Origin: Alphaproteobacteria bacterium
Lineage (GTDB): Bacteria; Pseudomonadota; Alphaproteobacteria; MPNO01; UBA830
Direction: 5' to 3'
Length of the DNA: 64,000 nt
NCBI GenBank assembly: GCA_964291215.2
Contig: OZ219791.1
Coordinates: 896,001-960,000, forward strand
Shown here: piece by piece, positions 1 to 12,408 of the stretch
Position numbering within the stretch: position 1 is the first letter of the stretch
Layout of the letters: every line of letters starts with the position of its first letter
Position numbers and translations under genes: made by a program
Notes under the pieces: generated by a model
Seen by the model: the letters and a program-made list of their open reading frames with translations, nothing else
The model's database searches: none
What the model was told of the DNA's origin: nothing

Positions 1-224
1 AGAAGGCCGACGCCGGGAGGCCAGCTGCGGCGGTCGCGCATGGCGCTGTCGGGCGTCACTCCGAGCCATGTCGTCCAGCGTCCGTCGGCGCCAAGCCGGC
101 GCGCGACCGTGGCAACTGTCGTCCGATAGAAACGGAGCGCTGCAACTGCGCCTATGTCGGCTCCGAGGCGGGTCTTGACGCGGCCGAGCCTTGGCCGCCT
201 GGCAAGGATCACGACATGCCTCAC
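1..224 (-). CDS. DUF2064/TIGR04282-family glycosyltransferase-like protein, 5' part (runs off window)
   Basis: Manual translation from GTG at 224: MRHVVILARRPRLGRVKTRLGADIGAVAALRFY, with the family-typical GRVKTRL motif. GTGA overlap with the upstream GT2 stop. Confidence 0.75.
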   Translation of the reverse strand, partial: MRHVVILARRPRLGRVKTRLGADIGAVAALRFYRTTVATVARRLGADGRWTTWLGVTPDSAMRDRRSWPPGVGL

Positions 225-928
225 CGGTAGATCCTCTCGACGAGGCGTGGCGGCACCCCCGCGAAATACAACGCCAGGCAAAACAGGTTGCGAACCGGGC
301 GCAGCCACCAGCCGTCGCGGCGATAGCGGTCGGCCGAAGTGATGGCCACGGCATCCAGGACCTCGATCCGTTGCTTCCCGATTCTTCGGACCAGCTCCAC
401 GTCCTCGAAGAGCGGCAGCGGCCGGAACCCCCCGATCCGGTCGTAGAACCGGCGCGAGACCAGCAGCGCCTGGTCGCCATAGGGCAGGCCAAAGACGCCG
501 GTGCGCCACGCTGCCAGCTTCTCAACCCGGCGGGCCTGGCGGGCCCCGTCGTCGAACCGCAGCCTGAAGACGGCCGCGCGGCCGGCGTTCTCGGGTCTGG
601 CCGTGAAATCCCGGACCGCCGACCGCCAGCCCGGACCTAGCCGGGTATCGACATGGAGGAAGAGGAGCCATGGACAGCATGCCGCGCCGCCGCCAGCGCG
701 GAGCTGGTTTCCGCGGCCGCGCGGGCCGGTCACCACGCGGGCGCCGCGGGCTGCCGCGCGCTCGCGCGACCGATCCGTCGATCCGCCATCCGACAGGATG
801 ATCTCGCAGGAGAGGAATTCATCATCCCCGGACACGGCGTCGATTGCGTCCGCTACGAGATCCTCGGCATTCAGAGCCGGAATGACGACAGATATGTGCG
901 CGCGCCCGGACATCTCGGAACGACTCAT
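221..928 (-). CDS. TIGR04283-family GT2 glycosyltransferase
   Basis: ISVVIPALN, DGGSTD, LFLHVD, LPYGDQALL and PLFEDV motifs; adjacent to the DUF2064 gene. Confidence 0.85.
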   Translation of the reverse strand: MSRSEMSGRAHISVVIPALNAEDLVADAIDAVSGDDEFLSCEIILSDGGSTDRSRERAAARGARVVTGPRGRGNQLRAGGGAACCPWLLFLHVDTRLGPGWRSAVRDFTARPENAGRAAVFRLRFDDGARQARRVEKLAAWRTGVFGLPYGDQALLVSRRFYDRIGGFRPLPLFEDVELVRRIGKQRIEVLDAVAITSADRYRRDGWWLRPVRNLFCLALYFAGVPPRLVERIYR

Positions 929-1101
929 ATCACAAACCGCGCTGCGGCATGTGCGGGAAGCGGCGGAATGCGATATACAGGAGCCATCATGCGGATTGCT
1001 GCAACCCCGAGACGCCGCCGGCGCATCGCCCGCATGCGCACCGGGCGATGCGGCGCCCGGCCGGTTGCGGGCGCACCCTGCCCGTCCGGACTCGCCGTCG
1101 C

Positions 1102-2205
1102 ATGATCGGAAAGCCTCCCGGTCCGCCGCCGCGCAAGGGCCGCGGTGCCGTGACGAACCCCTCCGGACGGTTCGAAAAGACCCGCGTCGAGCCGTTCGAC
1201 GACGGCTGGGGTGACGGTGCTTGCGGAGAACCGCTGCCGCCGCTCAGGACCACGCTCACACCTGACGCGGCGCGGCGGGTGATTGCCCGCAACAGTTCGC
1301 CCGACATCCCCTTCGACCGCTCTATCAACCCCTATCGCGGCTGCGAGCATGGTTGCGTCTATTGCTTCGCGCGGCCTACCCATTCCTATCTCGGGCTCTC
1401 TCCGGGCCTCGACTTCGAGACCCGACTGTTCTTCAAGGCGGACGCCGCCCGGCTTCTCGCGGAGGAGCTGCGCGCGCCCGGCTACCGCTGCGAGGTGATT
1501 GCGCTTGGTGCCAATACTGATCCCTACCAGCCGGTGGAGCGGACCCGGAAGGTCACCCGTCAGATTCTCGAGGTCCTGTCGGCGCATGACCATCCGGTCG
1601 GGATCGTCACGAAGTCCAATCTCGTCGTCCGCGACATCGACATTCTCGAACCGATGGCGAGGCGGAACCTCGCCCAGGTCTCGATATCCGTGACCACGCT
1701 GGACCGCGCTCTTGCCAGGACCATGGAGCCGAGGGCGCCCACCCCCGAGCGGCGGCTTCTGGCCATGCGTGCGCTGTCGAAGGCCGGCATACCGACCTGC
1801 GTGCTGGCGGCTCCGGTAATTCCGGCGCTGAACGATTCCGAACTCGAGGCGATTCTTGACGCTGCGGCCGATGCCGGCGCCGCCTCCGCGGGATATGTCC
1901 TGCTGCGCCTTCCTTTCGAGCTCAAGGATCTGTTCACCGAATGGCTCGAGGCGCACGTCCCGTTGCGGGCGAAGCATGTGCTCAATGCGATCCGCGAGAC
2001 CCGCGACGGAGCGCTCTATGCTTCCGACTTCGGCGAGCGCATGCGCGGCACCGGTCCTTATGCCGGGCTGATCGCGCAACGCTTCGAGAAGGCCTGCCGC
2101 AGGTTGCAGCTGAACCGGCGCGGCGTTTCACTCGACTGTTCGCGGTTTCGCTGCCCGCCGCGGGCCGGAGATCAGCTCGACCTGTTCGACGGGGCGGCGC
2201 GGTGA
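1102..2205 (+). CDS. PA0069-family radical SAM protein (spore photoproduct lyase-like)
   Basis: RSINPYRGCEHGCVYCFARP (CxxxCxxC), GANTDPYQPVE, C-terminal QLDLF. Start placed at ATG 1102. Confidence 0.9.
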   Translation: MIGKPPGPPPRKGRGAVTNPSGRFEKTRVEPFDDGWGDGACGEPLPPLRTTLTPDAARRVIARNSSPDIPFDRSINPYRGCEHGCVYCFARPTHSYLGLSPGLDFETRLFFKADAARLLAEELRAPGYRCEVIALGANTDPYQPVERTRKVTRQILEVLSAHDHPVGIVTKSNLVVRDIDILEPMARRNLAQVSISVTTLDRALARTMEPRAPTPERRLLAMRALSKAGIPTCVLAAPVIPALNDSELEAILDAAADAGAASAGYVLLRLPFELKDLFTEWLEAHVPLRAKHVLNAIRETRDGALYASDFGERMRGTGPYAGLIAQRFEKACRRLQLNRRGVSLDCSRFRCPPRAGDQLDLFDGAAR

Positions 2206-2346
2206 ACGCGCCGGGACCGGCCCCTCCGGCCCGGACGGGCCGCAATGACGGGAGCACGGCGAACGGGCGGCCCTGATTCTTGTCAGCACTCGAGCGGGCA
2301 GTGCAATATCCGCGGCATGTTCCGGTGAACCGTGGGAAATCCGTGC

Positions 2347-4166
<1,820 letters not shown>

Positions 4167-4171
4167 CCCGG

Positions 4172-5257
4172 TCAGCGGCGGGGCGCGGGCCGGTCCGCCG
4201 CCACCAGTTGCACGATTTTTTTCATGGCGGTCGGCAGCCCTCGGCCGTCCAGCCGTTCCGGAGGGCTCCAGAAGCCCTCGATGCAGGCAGTATCCCGGAC
4301 CGCGCCCTTGAGTACGGTCAGCTCAAGACGGAAATGGGTGAAGACATGACTGACCTCTCCCGGCACCGGCTCCCAGTCCGCCTCGACCGGCGCGGCGCGG
4401 CGCGCCTCGCGGTCCGTCCAGACGGTCGCGCGCCATGCGGTTGACGGGATCTCGACCATGCCGCCGAGGAGGCCGGATTCCGGACGCTGGCGCAACAGCA
4501 CGGCGCCATCAGGCGCCGTGATCCAGAATGCCACGCCGTGCCGCACCGGGCGCTCCTTTCGCGGGGCGCGGTTCGGAAGCTGTTCCGCCAGGCCGCGCCG
4601 GCGGGCGAGGCACCGGTCCTCGAGCGGGCATGCCCCGCAGCGCGGGCCGCGCGGCGTGCAGACCGTGGCGCCGAGATCCATCAGCGCCTGCGCATGGTCG
4701 CCGCAACGCGCATCGGGAGTCAGCGCGGCGGCGTGGGCGCGCAATACCCTGCGGGCGCGCGGCAATGGCGTATCGACGGCAAACAGGCGCGCCATGATCC
4801 GCTCGACATTGGCGTCTACGGGTGTCGCCCTCGAATCGAAGGCAATCGCGACGATCGCGGCCGCCGTGTAGGGGCCGATTCCGGGCAGCCGCCGGAGCTC
4901 CTCCTCGGCAGCGGGGAAGGCGCCGCCATGGTCCTCCACGACCATGCGCGCGCATCTGTGGAGGTTCCGCGCGCGGGCGTAGTATCCGAGGCCGGCCCAG
5001 AGGCGCAGGATTTCGTCAAGCTCGGCAGCGGCAAGGTCGACGACGGTCGGCCAGCGCCCGACGAACGCCTCGAAATACGGCTTGACGGCGGCTACGGTGG
5101 TCTGCTGGAGCATGATTTCGCTGAGCCAGACCCGGTAGGGATCGGCAACCGCGCCTGCGGGAGCGCGCCACGGCAGGCTGCGGCGGTGACGGTCGTACCA
5201 GGCGAGAACCGGGCCGGCTATGCTGCCGGCCGGCCGCGTCTCCCGATGTCCGGTCAT
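4172..5257 (-). CDS. mutY: A/G-specific adenine glycosylase
   Basis: WLSEIMLQQT, WAGLGYYARARNL, HhH motif LPGIGPYTA, Fe-S motif CTPRGPRCGACPLEDRC. Confidence 0.95.
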   Translation of the reverse strand: MTGHRETRPAGSIAGPVLAWYDRHRRSLPWRAPAGAVADPYRVWLSEIMLQQTTVAAVKPYFEAFVGRWPTVVDLAAAELDEILRLWAGLGYYARARNLHRCARMVVEDHGGAFPAAEEELRRLPGIGPYTAAAIVAIAFDSRATPVDANVERIMARLFAVDTPLPRARRVLRAHAAALTPDARCGDHAQALMDLGATVCTPRGPRCGACPLEDRCLARRRGLAEQLPNRAPRKERPVRHGVAFWITAPDGAVLLRQRPESGLLGGMVEIPSTAWRATVWTDREARRAAPVEADWEPVPGEVSHVFTHFRLELTVLKGAVRDTACIEGFWSPPERLDGRGLPTAMKKIVQLVAADRPAPRR

Positions 5258-5422
5258 GAATGTCCCTCCGCCCCGTCCCGGCGTTCCGGCCAGCGGTATC
5301 TGCAGGGCTGCCACTTGCGGTCGTTCTTCGAGATCGTCATATCTCTGGTGGAGCCGGAGCCGCGCACCGCAGCGGCGGCAGCGCGCGCTGGCGGCGGACC
5401 CGACCAGGCATGTGAAGGCGAC

Positions 5423-5974
5423 ATGACCGGAAAACCACGCAGACGCAGGTCGCCGAAGGATGACAGCTGGCGCAGGGCGCGCGGGCTGCTCCATATCGGC
5501 ACCGCGCTCCCGCAAGCCGCCGGACCCGCGCTGCGCAGGCGGGGCGTCATCTATGCCAGGCTGGTGACGGAATGGTGCGACATTTTTCGCGGCGATCTTA
5601 TCGCAAACGGTACCCAGCCGGAAAGACTGGTGTTTCCGCGCGGCGGCAAGGGCGGAACACTGCACATACGCGTGGCGTCCGGCGCGCTGGCCCTCGAGCT
5701 GCAGCATCTCGCTCCCCAGCTCATCGAGCGTCTCAACCAGTACCTCGGCAAACCGCTGATCGCCGATCTCCGCTTCCGCCAGGGACCGATCCTGCCGCGT
5801 CCGAGACCCCATGTGGCGCCGAAGCCGGTACTGCCGCCGGCGGACGAGGCAGAACTCGACGGCAAGCTTGAGGGAATTCGAAACGAGCGACTCCGCGAGG
5901 CGTTGCGGCGGCTTGGCCGGTCCGTTGCAAGCCGCGGATCCGGCGCTTCGCTCGGGCAGACTCCGAAACGCTGA
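5423..5974 (+). CDS. DUF721 / DciA-family protein
   Basis: GTLHIRVASGALALELQHLAPQLIERLNQYLG...LRFRQGP; divergent from mutY, as is typical in alphaproteobacteria. Confidence 0.8.
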   Translation: MTGKPRRRRSPKDDSWRRARGLLHIGTALPQAAGPALRRRGVIYARLVTEWCDIFRGDLIANGTQPERLVFPRGGKGGTLHIRVASGALALELQHLAPQLIERLNQYLGKPLIADLRFRQGPILPRPRPHVAPKPVLPPADEAELDGKLEGIRNERLREALRRLGRSVASRGSGASLGQTPKR

Positions 5975-6103
5975 ACGGCCTGACGCTCGGGGTGCGGGCG
6001 GGAGGTTTTTTCACGGCAGTGCGCGAAAAAATTGGTTGGTAGCTTGGCAATATACCACCAGATATGGTAGTCAGGCCCCTCAAACCTGCTGGCGGGGATT
6101 ATC

Positions 6104-6802
6104 ATGCTGCAAATCTGGAAGTTTCTCGGCTTGGCGCTCGCTGTCGCAGCCCCCGCCGCGGCGCATCATGCGGACCGGCAGCAGCTAGCGTCCGCAGCCG
6201 CCGGACTGCAACTTGCCGACGCAAAGGGGCATGCCGCCACTGTGCCGAAGCCGTTGGGCAAGGTCGAAGATCTCGGCGTCGGCAAAGGGGATTACACCCT
6301 GGGCAACCCGGAGGCGGGGGTTGTGATGGTCGAATACGCCTCGCTGACCTGTCCGCATTGCGCCGTCTTCCACGAAAAGATCATGCCGATGATCAAGACG
6401 GACTACATCGACGCCGGCAAGATCCGGTACGTGTACCGGGACTTTCCCCTTGACCGCCTGGCCCTGGCCGCGGCGGTGGTTGCGCGCTGCGGCGGCCGCG
6501 ACAGGTTCTTCGGCTTCATCGAGACGCTGTACGGGTCGCAGGACCGGTGGGCGCGGGCATCAGACCCGCTGGCCGCGCTCAGGACCCTGGCGCTGGTCGG
6601 TGGCATGTCGAAAGCGGAGTTCGAGGCCTGCATTCGCGAACAGAAGGACATCGACGCGATCCTTGAGGCGCGGTTGGTGGCCGCCAGGAAATTCGGCGTC
6701 AGCTCGACTCCGACGCTCTTCATCAACGGGAACCGCTACCACGCGGCCGAGACGGTCGACGGGATGAGGGCGCTTCTCGATTCGTTCGTCGTCAAGCGGT
6801 AG
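6104..6802 (+). CDS. DsbA-family thioredoxin-fold protein
   Basis: Signal peptide, EYASLTCPHC, RDFPLD, STPTLFING. Confidence 0.9.
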   Translation: MLQIWKFLGLALAVAAPAAAHHADRQQLASAAAGLQLADAKGHAATVPKPLGKVEDLGVGKGDYTLGNPEAGVVMVEYASLTCPHCAVFHEKIMPMIKTDYIDAGKIRYVYRDFPLDRLALAAAVVARCGGRDRFFGFIETLYGSQDRWARASDPLAALRTLALVGGMSKAEFEACIREQKDIDAILEARLVAARKFGVSSTPTLFINGNRYHAAETVDGMRALLDSFVVKR

Positions 6803-6848
6803 GCGGGTGCGGGAACGGCGTCCACACCAGCAGAGGAATTGCTGACAA

Positions 6849-9800
6849 GTGCAGTTCGCGAGAATGCAGTTGACGGGGTTCAAGTCCTTTGTCGAACCGA
6901 CCGAATTGGTCTTCGAGAAGGGGCTGACAGGGATTGTCGGTCCCAACGGCTGCGGCAAGTCGAATCTCGTCGAGGCGTTGCGCTGGGCAATGGGAGAGAC
7001 CTCGGCCCGGCGGGTTCGCGGCTCGGAGATGGACGACATGATCTTCGCCGGCACCGCCGCCCGGCCTGCGCGCAACCTTGCTGAAGTTGTTCTCACCCTC
7101 GACAATTCGGAACGGCGCGCGCCGGCGCAGTTCAACGATGCCGATGAACTCGACGTAATTCGCCGCATCGAACGCGGCGCGGGTTCCGCCTATCGGGTGA
7201 ACGGGAACGATACGCGGGCGCGCGATGTTCAGACCCTGTTCGCCGATGCCTCGACGGGCGCGCGCTCGACGGCGCTGGTCAGCCAGGGCCGCATCGGCAG
7301 CCTGATTGCGGCGAAGCCCGCGGAACGGCGCCTTCTCCTCGAGGAGGCGTCGGGGATCACCGGGCTGCATGCCCGGCGGTACGAGGCCGAGCTCAGGCTG
7401 CGCGCGGCCGAAACCAATCTCGAACGGCTGCAGGACGTCATCGGGACCCACGAGGAGCAGCACCGGCAGCTGAAGCGCCAGGCCCGCCAAGCATCGCGTT
7501 ACCGCAATCTGTCGGACCGGATCCGGAAACAGCAGGCTATCCTCCTCCATCTGCAATGGATCGGGGCCCGTTCGGACCAGGAGAAGGCGGCAGAGGAGTT
7601 GGCCCGGGTCGAGGCCTTGGTGGCGAAGTTAACCCAGGCGGTGGCGGCGGCGACAACGGCGCAGTCCGAGGCTGCGGCGGCGATCCCGGATCTGCGGACA
7701 CAAGAGGCCGAGATCGCCGCGGTGCTGCGGCATCTGAATTCCGCCGTCGACGCCCTTGATGCGGAGGAACGCCGGATCAAGAACCTTGTCGATGAGATCG
7801 GCCGGCGGATCGTCCAGATTGACAGCGACACGGCACGCGAACGTGACCGAGCTACGGACGCCGGCAATGCGATTGCGCGGCTCGACCGCGAAAGAACTTC
7901 GATCGAGGCCGACCGGTCCCGCGAAGCCGACGACATCACCGGAGCGAAGACGCGGCTTGACGGCGCCGAGGCGGCGGTGGCCGCCTGCCAGGAGGAGGTC
8001 GACGCGCTGGTGCGCGATCTGGTCGCCCGCGAGACGCGCGAGGCCGAGCTTCGCCGGCAGCTTGATTCGATGGCGGCGCGGCGGCTTCGCCTCGGTGAGC
8101 GACACCGCGACGCCGTCACCGAACGGGAGGCGGCCAAGCAGGCAGCGGAGAGCGCCGCGGAGCTGGAGCAGGCGAGGGCCGCCGCCGAGCGCGCGCGCCT
8201 CGCGCTCGAGGATGCCCGCGCCCGGCTCGCGATGGCGGAGACGGAGACCGCGGCGGCTCGCGCCGAAGAGAACGCGCGGCGCGAGGCGCACCGCGAGGCC
8301 GATTCGGACATGGCCCGGCTACGCGCCGAACGGGAGGCACTGTCCGAGCTGCTAACGGATGGCGACCGCGGTCGCTGGCAGCCGCTGATCGACGATCTTG
8401 AGGTCGACGCGGGATATGAAGTGGCTCTTGGGACCGCGCTCGGAGACGATCTCAATGCTTCGACAAACGGGCACGCGCCGGTGCACTGGCGCGAAATTCC
8501 GTCCGGCACGGTGCCCCCGGAACTTCCGCCCGGCGTCGAATGCCTTGCTGACCATGTCCGGGGTCCGGCGGTACTCGACCGGAGATTGTCCCAGGTTGGC
8601 ATTGTGGGCAGCGCTGGTGCCGAGCTGCATCGCAGGCTGAAGCAAGGCCAGCGTCTGGTGTCGCGCGATGGCGGGCTGTGGCGTTGGGACGGTTTCGCGA
8701 TCGTCGCCGGCGCACCCACGGCGGCGGCAAACCGCCTGGCGCAGCGCAATCGCCTCGCCGAGGCGAAGACCCTCCTTGCGGCTGCCGAACGCCGCGCCGG
8801 AGAGTCGCTCGGTGCGCATCGGGAGGCGGCGGCCAACCTCTCCGTTGCCGAAGAAGCCGAACGCGGGTGCCGTAGCGCAATCGAAGCAGCCGACCGGGCG
8901 TTCCAGGAGGCACGCGATGCGGTGACCGCCGCCGCGGACCGGTCGGCAGACGCGCGTCTGCGCGTCGGCGCACTTGACGAGGCGCTGCAGCGGATTGCCG
9001 CCGATCAGGCCGAACTCGACGAAGAGGAGGCAGGCGTCCGCAGCGAGCTGGCGATTGCGGCCGACGACGGGGAGAAGAAGGATGCAGCGGAAAGATGCCG
9101 GCACGAGCTGACCACGCTGCGGGCCGAGGCCGCTGACGCCCGAAGCGCCAATGATCGGCTCCACCAGGCATCCGAAACCCGCCGGTTCCGCCTGCAGGCG
9201 ATCTCGGACGAACGTCTGACCTGGCTTGATCAGGCGGGCAATGCCGAACAACAGCTGGAGCGCCTATCCGAGCGTAGCGGTGTGGAAGCGGCGGAACTCC
9301 GGAAACTCGAGGCCCGCCCTGCAGAAATCGCGGCCGAACGCGCGGCCCTTCTCGAGCGAACCGCAGAGGCGGAACGCGCGCGCGACGAGGCTGCCGACAG
9401 CCTTGCCGCAGCCGAGAGTCGTCTCGACGAGCTCAACAGCGATCTCAGGATGTGCGAAGCCCGCCTGGCGGAAACCAGGGAGGATCGCGTGCGGCGGGAA
9501 GCGGCGGTTGATCACGCAAACCAGTCCCTCGTCACTATCAGCGGGCAATGCGAGGAAAGGATCGGGTGCGGTCCGGGGAACGCGCTGGAACTCACGGGTC
9601 TTGCGGAAGGCGAAGCGCTGCCGTCGCGCGAAGACGCCGAAACAAGACTCGGGCGCCTCGAACAGGAACGGACCAATATCGGGCCGATCAACCTGCGGGC
9701 GGAACAGGAGGCGCAGGAGCTCGACGACCGGATTCGTGAAATGGAAACCGAACGGGACGATCTCGTGGCCGCCATCGGCAAGCTTCGCCGCGGCATCTCG

Positions 9801-10304
9801 GAGCTCAACCGCGAGGGGCGCGGGCGGTTGCTGGCAGCCTTCGACGATGTCGACCGGAATTTCAGGGAGGTGTTCGTCCGGTTGGTCCCCGGCGGCCGCG
9901 CGCATCTGAAGCTGACCGATTCCGAGGATCCGCTGGAGGCCGGACTCGAGGTCTATGCGAGTCCTCCGGGAAAGAAGCTGCAGACGATGAGCCTGCTGTC
10001 CGGCGGCGAGCAGGCGCTGGCCGCGCTCGCACTGCTGTTCGCCGTGTTCCTTACCAATCCGGCGCCGGTCTGCGTGCTGGACGAGGTCGATGCGCCGCTC
10101 GACGACAGCAACGTCGACCGTTTCTGCATGCTGCTTGAAGATCTGGCCGACCGCCTTGACACGCGGTTCCTCCTCGTTACCCATCACCGGCTGACCATGG
10201 CGCGTATGGATCGGCTCTACGGCGTGACCATGGCCGAACCCGGAGTGTCGCAACTGGTCTCGGTCGACCTGCGAACGGCGGACCGGATACGTGATGCCGC
10301 CTGA
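6849..10304 (+). CDS. smc: Chromosome segregation protein SMC
   Basis: Walker A GPNGCGKSN, long coiled coils, LLSGGEQ signature, VLDEVDAPLD. Confidence 0.97.
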   Translation: MQFARMQLTGFKSFVEPTELVFEKGLTGIVGPNGCGKSNLVEALRWAMGETSARRVRGSEMDDMIFAGTAARPARNLAEVVLTLDNSERRAPAQFNDADELDVIRRIERGAGSAYRVNGNDTRARDVQTLFADASTGARSTALVSQGRIGSLIAAKPAERRLLLEEASGITGLHARRYEAELRLRAAETNLERLQDVIGTHEEQHRQLKRQARQASRYRNLSDRIRKQQAILLHLQWIGARSDQEKAAEELARVEALVAKLTQAVAAATTAQSEAAAAIPDLRTQEAEIAAVLRHLNSAVDALDAEERRIKNLVDEIGRRIVQIDSDTARERDRATDAGNAIARLDRERTSIEADRSREADDITGAKTRLDGAEAAVAACQEEVDALVRDLVARETREAELRRQLDSMAARRLRLGERHRDAVTEREAAKQAAESAAELEQARAAAERARLALEDARARLAMAETETAAARAEENARREAHREADSDMARLRAEREALSELLTDGDRGRWQPLIDDLEVDAGYEVALGTALGDDLNASTNGHAPVHWREIPSGTVPPELPPGVECLADHVRGPAVLDRRLSQVGIVGSAGAELHRRLKQGQRLVSRDGGLWRWDGFAIVAGAPTAAANRLAQRNRLAEAKTLLAAAERRAGESLGAHREAAANLSVAEEAERGCRSAIEAADRAFQEARDAVTAAADRSADARLRVGALDEALQRIAADQAELDEEEAGVRSELAIAADDGEKKDAAERCRHELTTLRAEAADARSANDRLHQASETRRFRLQAISDERLTWLDQAGNAEQQLERLSERSGVEAAELRKLEARPAEIAAERAALLERTAEAERARDEAADSLAAAESRLDELNSDLRMCEARLAETREDRVRREAAVDHANQSLVTISGQCEERIGCGPGNALELTGLAEGEALPSREDAETRLGRLEQERTNIGPINLRAEQEAQELDDRIREMETERDDLVAAIGKLRRGISELNREGRGRLLAAFDDVDRNFREVFVRLVPGGRAHLKLTDSEDPLEAGLEVYASPPGKKLQTMSLLSGGEQALAALALLFAVFLTNPAPVCVLDEVDAPLDDSNVDRFCMLLEDLADRLDTRFLLVTHHRLTMARMDRLYGVTMAEPGVSQLVSVDLRTADRIRDAA

Positions 10305-10498
10305 CAGCGGAACTCCGGCGCGCCGGGAGGGACGCCGCGGAAACTGCGGGCGCACCTTGCGGCCGCTCCCGCGTATCGATGCTGTCCTCGGAACCGTCCG
10401 CTACCGCGCCGTTTGACACGCGCCGCCCCAGACCCTATCCTGCAGCCTGCTCGCAGGCGGTCATCTGCCTGCGGCGTAGAAACCGCACGTCATACCTC

Positions 10499-10837
10499 AT
10501 GGTGGAGCAGGAAACACCGGAACCCCAGAGCGATCTGGAGGAACGGTTGCGCCGGTTTCGCCAGCACAGGAGCGTCGACAGCGACCAGCCGGCCCCGGTC
10601 GGCGCGTCCCACGGCGGTCTCGGGCTGGCAATGCGAATCGGCGTTGAACTGGTTGCCTCGCTGATCATCGGCGTCGGTCTCGGCTATCTGCTGGATGGCT
10701 GGCTTGGAACGATGCCGCTGATGTCGTTGCTCGGCTTTTTCTTCGGCGCCGCGGCGGGCATGCTAAACGTCTACCGCACGGCGACGGGACGGGGCAGCGC
10801 CATCGGCTTCGGAAGGCGTCCCGGCGGCGACAGATAG
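10499..10837 (+). CDS. atpI: AtpZ/AtpI-family ATP synthase protein I
   Basis: GLAMRIGVELVA...GYLLDGWLGT.P with two TM helices; first gene of the F0 operon. Confidence 0.85.
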   Translation: MVEQETPEPQSDLEERLRRFRQHRSVDSDQPAPVGASHGGLGLAMRIGVELVASLIIGVGLGYLLDGWLGTMPLMSLLGFFFGAAAGMLNVYRTATGRGSAIGFGRRPGGDR

Positions 10838-10851
10838 GAAGGGACGGGTTC

Positions 10852-11598
10852 TTGGCAAGCAAAGGCGGCGCGGGCGGGCACAGCCCGCTCGAGCAGTTCG
10901 AGATCAAGCAACTGATGCCGCTCGATGTCGGCGGCTACGACATCGCGTTCACCAATTCCGCGCTGATGATGGTCATCGCCTGCGCGCTAACCGTGCTGCT
11001 GATGACGCTTGGCGGGCGCAAGTTCCGGCTGGTGCCCGGGCGCTTCCAGGCGCTCGCGGAGATGTGCTACGAATTCTGCGCCAACTTGCTGCGCGATACG
11101 GTCGGCAACGAGGGACGCCGGTACTTTCCGTTCATCTTCACGCTCTTCATGTTCATCCTGTTCGGCAACATGCTGGGGATGATTCCCTACAGCTTCACCT
11201 TCACCAGCCACATCATTGTGACCTTTGTCATGGCCATGGTCGTGTTCGTCGGCGTGACCGTTCTCGGGTTCGTGAAGCACGGCATCCGCTTCTTCGGCTT
11301 CTTCGTGCCGCCCGGGGTTTCGGTGGTGCTGTGGCCGTTGATGATCCCGATCGAGATCATCTCCTACCTGTCCCGCCCGATCAGCCTCGCGGTGCGGCTG
11401 TTCGCGAACATGACGGCCGGGCACACGATGCTGAAGGTGTTTGCCGGATTCGTGCCGGCGCTCGGCGCGGCCGGGATCTTCCCGCTTGCGTTCGCGACCG
11501 CCCTGACCGGACTTGAGGTGCTGATCGCTTTCCTTCAGGCCTACGTGTTCACGGTCCTGACATGCCTCTACATTTCGGACGCGCTGCACCTGCATTAA
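10852..11598 (+). CDS. atpB: F0F1 ATP synthase subunit a
   Basis: SPLEQF, RPISLAVRLFANMTAGH, LQAYVF motifs. Confidence 0.97.
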   Translation: MASKGGAGGHSPLEQFEIKQLMPLDVGGYDIAFTNSALMMVIACALTVLLMTLGGRKFRLVPGRFQALAEMCYEFCANLLRDTVGNEGRRYFPFIFTLFMFILFGNMLGMIPYSFTFTSHIIVTFVMAMVVFVGVTVLGFVKHGIRFFGFFVPPGVSVVLWPLMIPIEIISYLSRPISLAVRLFANMTAGHTMLKVFAGFVPALGAAGIFPLAFATALTGLEVLIAFLQAYVFTVLTCLYISDALHLH

Positions 11599-11658
11599 GG
11601 CGCAGCGGTCCCGCACCACCGGACAAAATCCCAACATCGCAACAAAGGAAAGACCATC

Positions 11659-11886
11659 ATGGATCCCACAGCAGCAAAACTCATCGGCGCGGGGCTTGCC
11701 GCCATCGGCGTGATCGGCGCTGGCATCGGTATCGGGCAGATCTTCGGCTCGTTCATCTCGGCCGTTGGCCGCAATCCGGCGGCGGCGCCCCATGTCACGC
11801 AGATGACGTGGATCGGCTTTGCGCTGGTGGAGGCCATTGCCCTCTACGCACTGGTCATCGCCTTCCTCATTCTCTTCGTCTTCTGA
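11659..11886 (+). CDS. atpE: F0F1 ATP synthase subunit c
   Basis: GAGIGIG, RNP loop, FALVEAIALY containing the proton-binding Glu. Confidence 0.97.
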   Translation: MDPTAAKLIGAGLAAIGVIGAGIGIGQIFGSFISAVGRNPAAAPHVTQMTWIGFALVEAIALYALVIAFLILFVF

Positions 11887-11913
11887 CGGAGGCCGAAGAA
11901 CCGGGCCCCTGAC

Positions 11914-12408
11914 ATGCCTCAAATCGAACAGATCGGGACCTTCCTGAGTCAGACCTTCTGGCTGGTGGTGACGTTCGGCGTGCTCTACCTGCTGATGTGG
12001 AAGGTCGCGCTGCCGCGGATAACGACGCTGCTGATGGATCGCGAGGAACGCATCGACGAGGACATTCGGAAGGCCGAAGAGGCGGGAACGGAAGCGGAAA
12101 AGGCGAGGGATGCCTATGAGCGGGCCGTGGCCGATGCGGCCGCCAGGGCCCAGGCGGCGATTCGCGAGATCCGCCAGCAACAGGCGGACGAGAACGCGCG
12201 CCGGATGGACGAGTTCGAGGCACGGATCAGGGCGGAGGCCGAAGCCGCGGAGCAGCGGATCGAGGCAGCGCGGACCCAGGCCGCCGCCGACATACGTGAG
12301 GTGGCTACGGAGGTTGCGCAGGCAGCGACTTCGAGGCTGATCGCCGTCGACATCGCTGCCGAGGACGCCGATGCGGCTGTCTTTGCGGTGATGGAGGAAC
12401 GGGCGTGA
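11914..12408 (+). CDS. atpG: F0F1 ATP synthase subunit b'
   Basis: MPQ...SQTFWL N-terminus, one TM helix plus coiled coil; first of the two b subunits. Confidence 0.88.
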   Translation: MPQIEQIGTFLSQTFWLVVTFGVLYLLMWKVALPRITTLLMDREERIDEDIRKAEEAGTEAEKARDAYERAVADAAARAQAAIREIRQQQADENARRMDEFEARIRAEAEAAEQRIEAARTQAAADIREVATEVAQAATSRLIAVDIAAEDADAAVFAVMEERA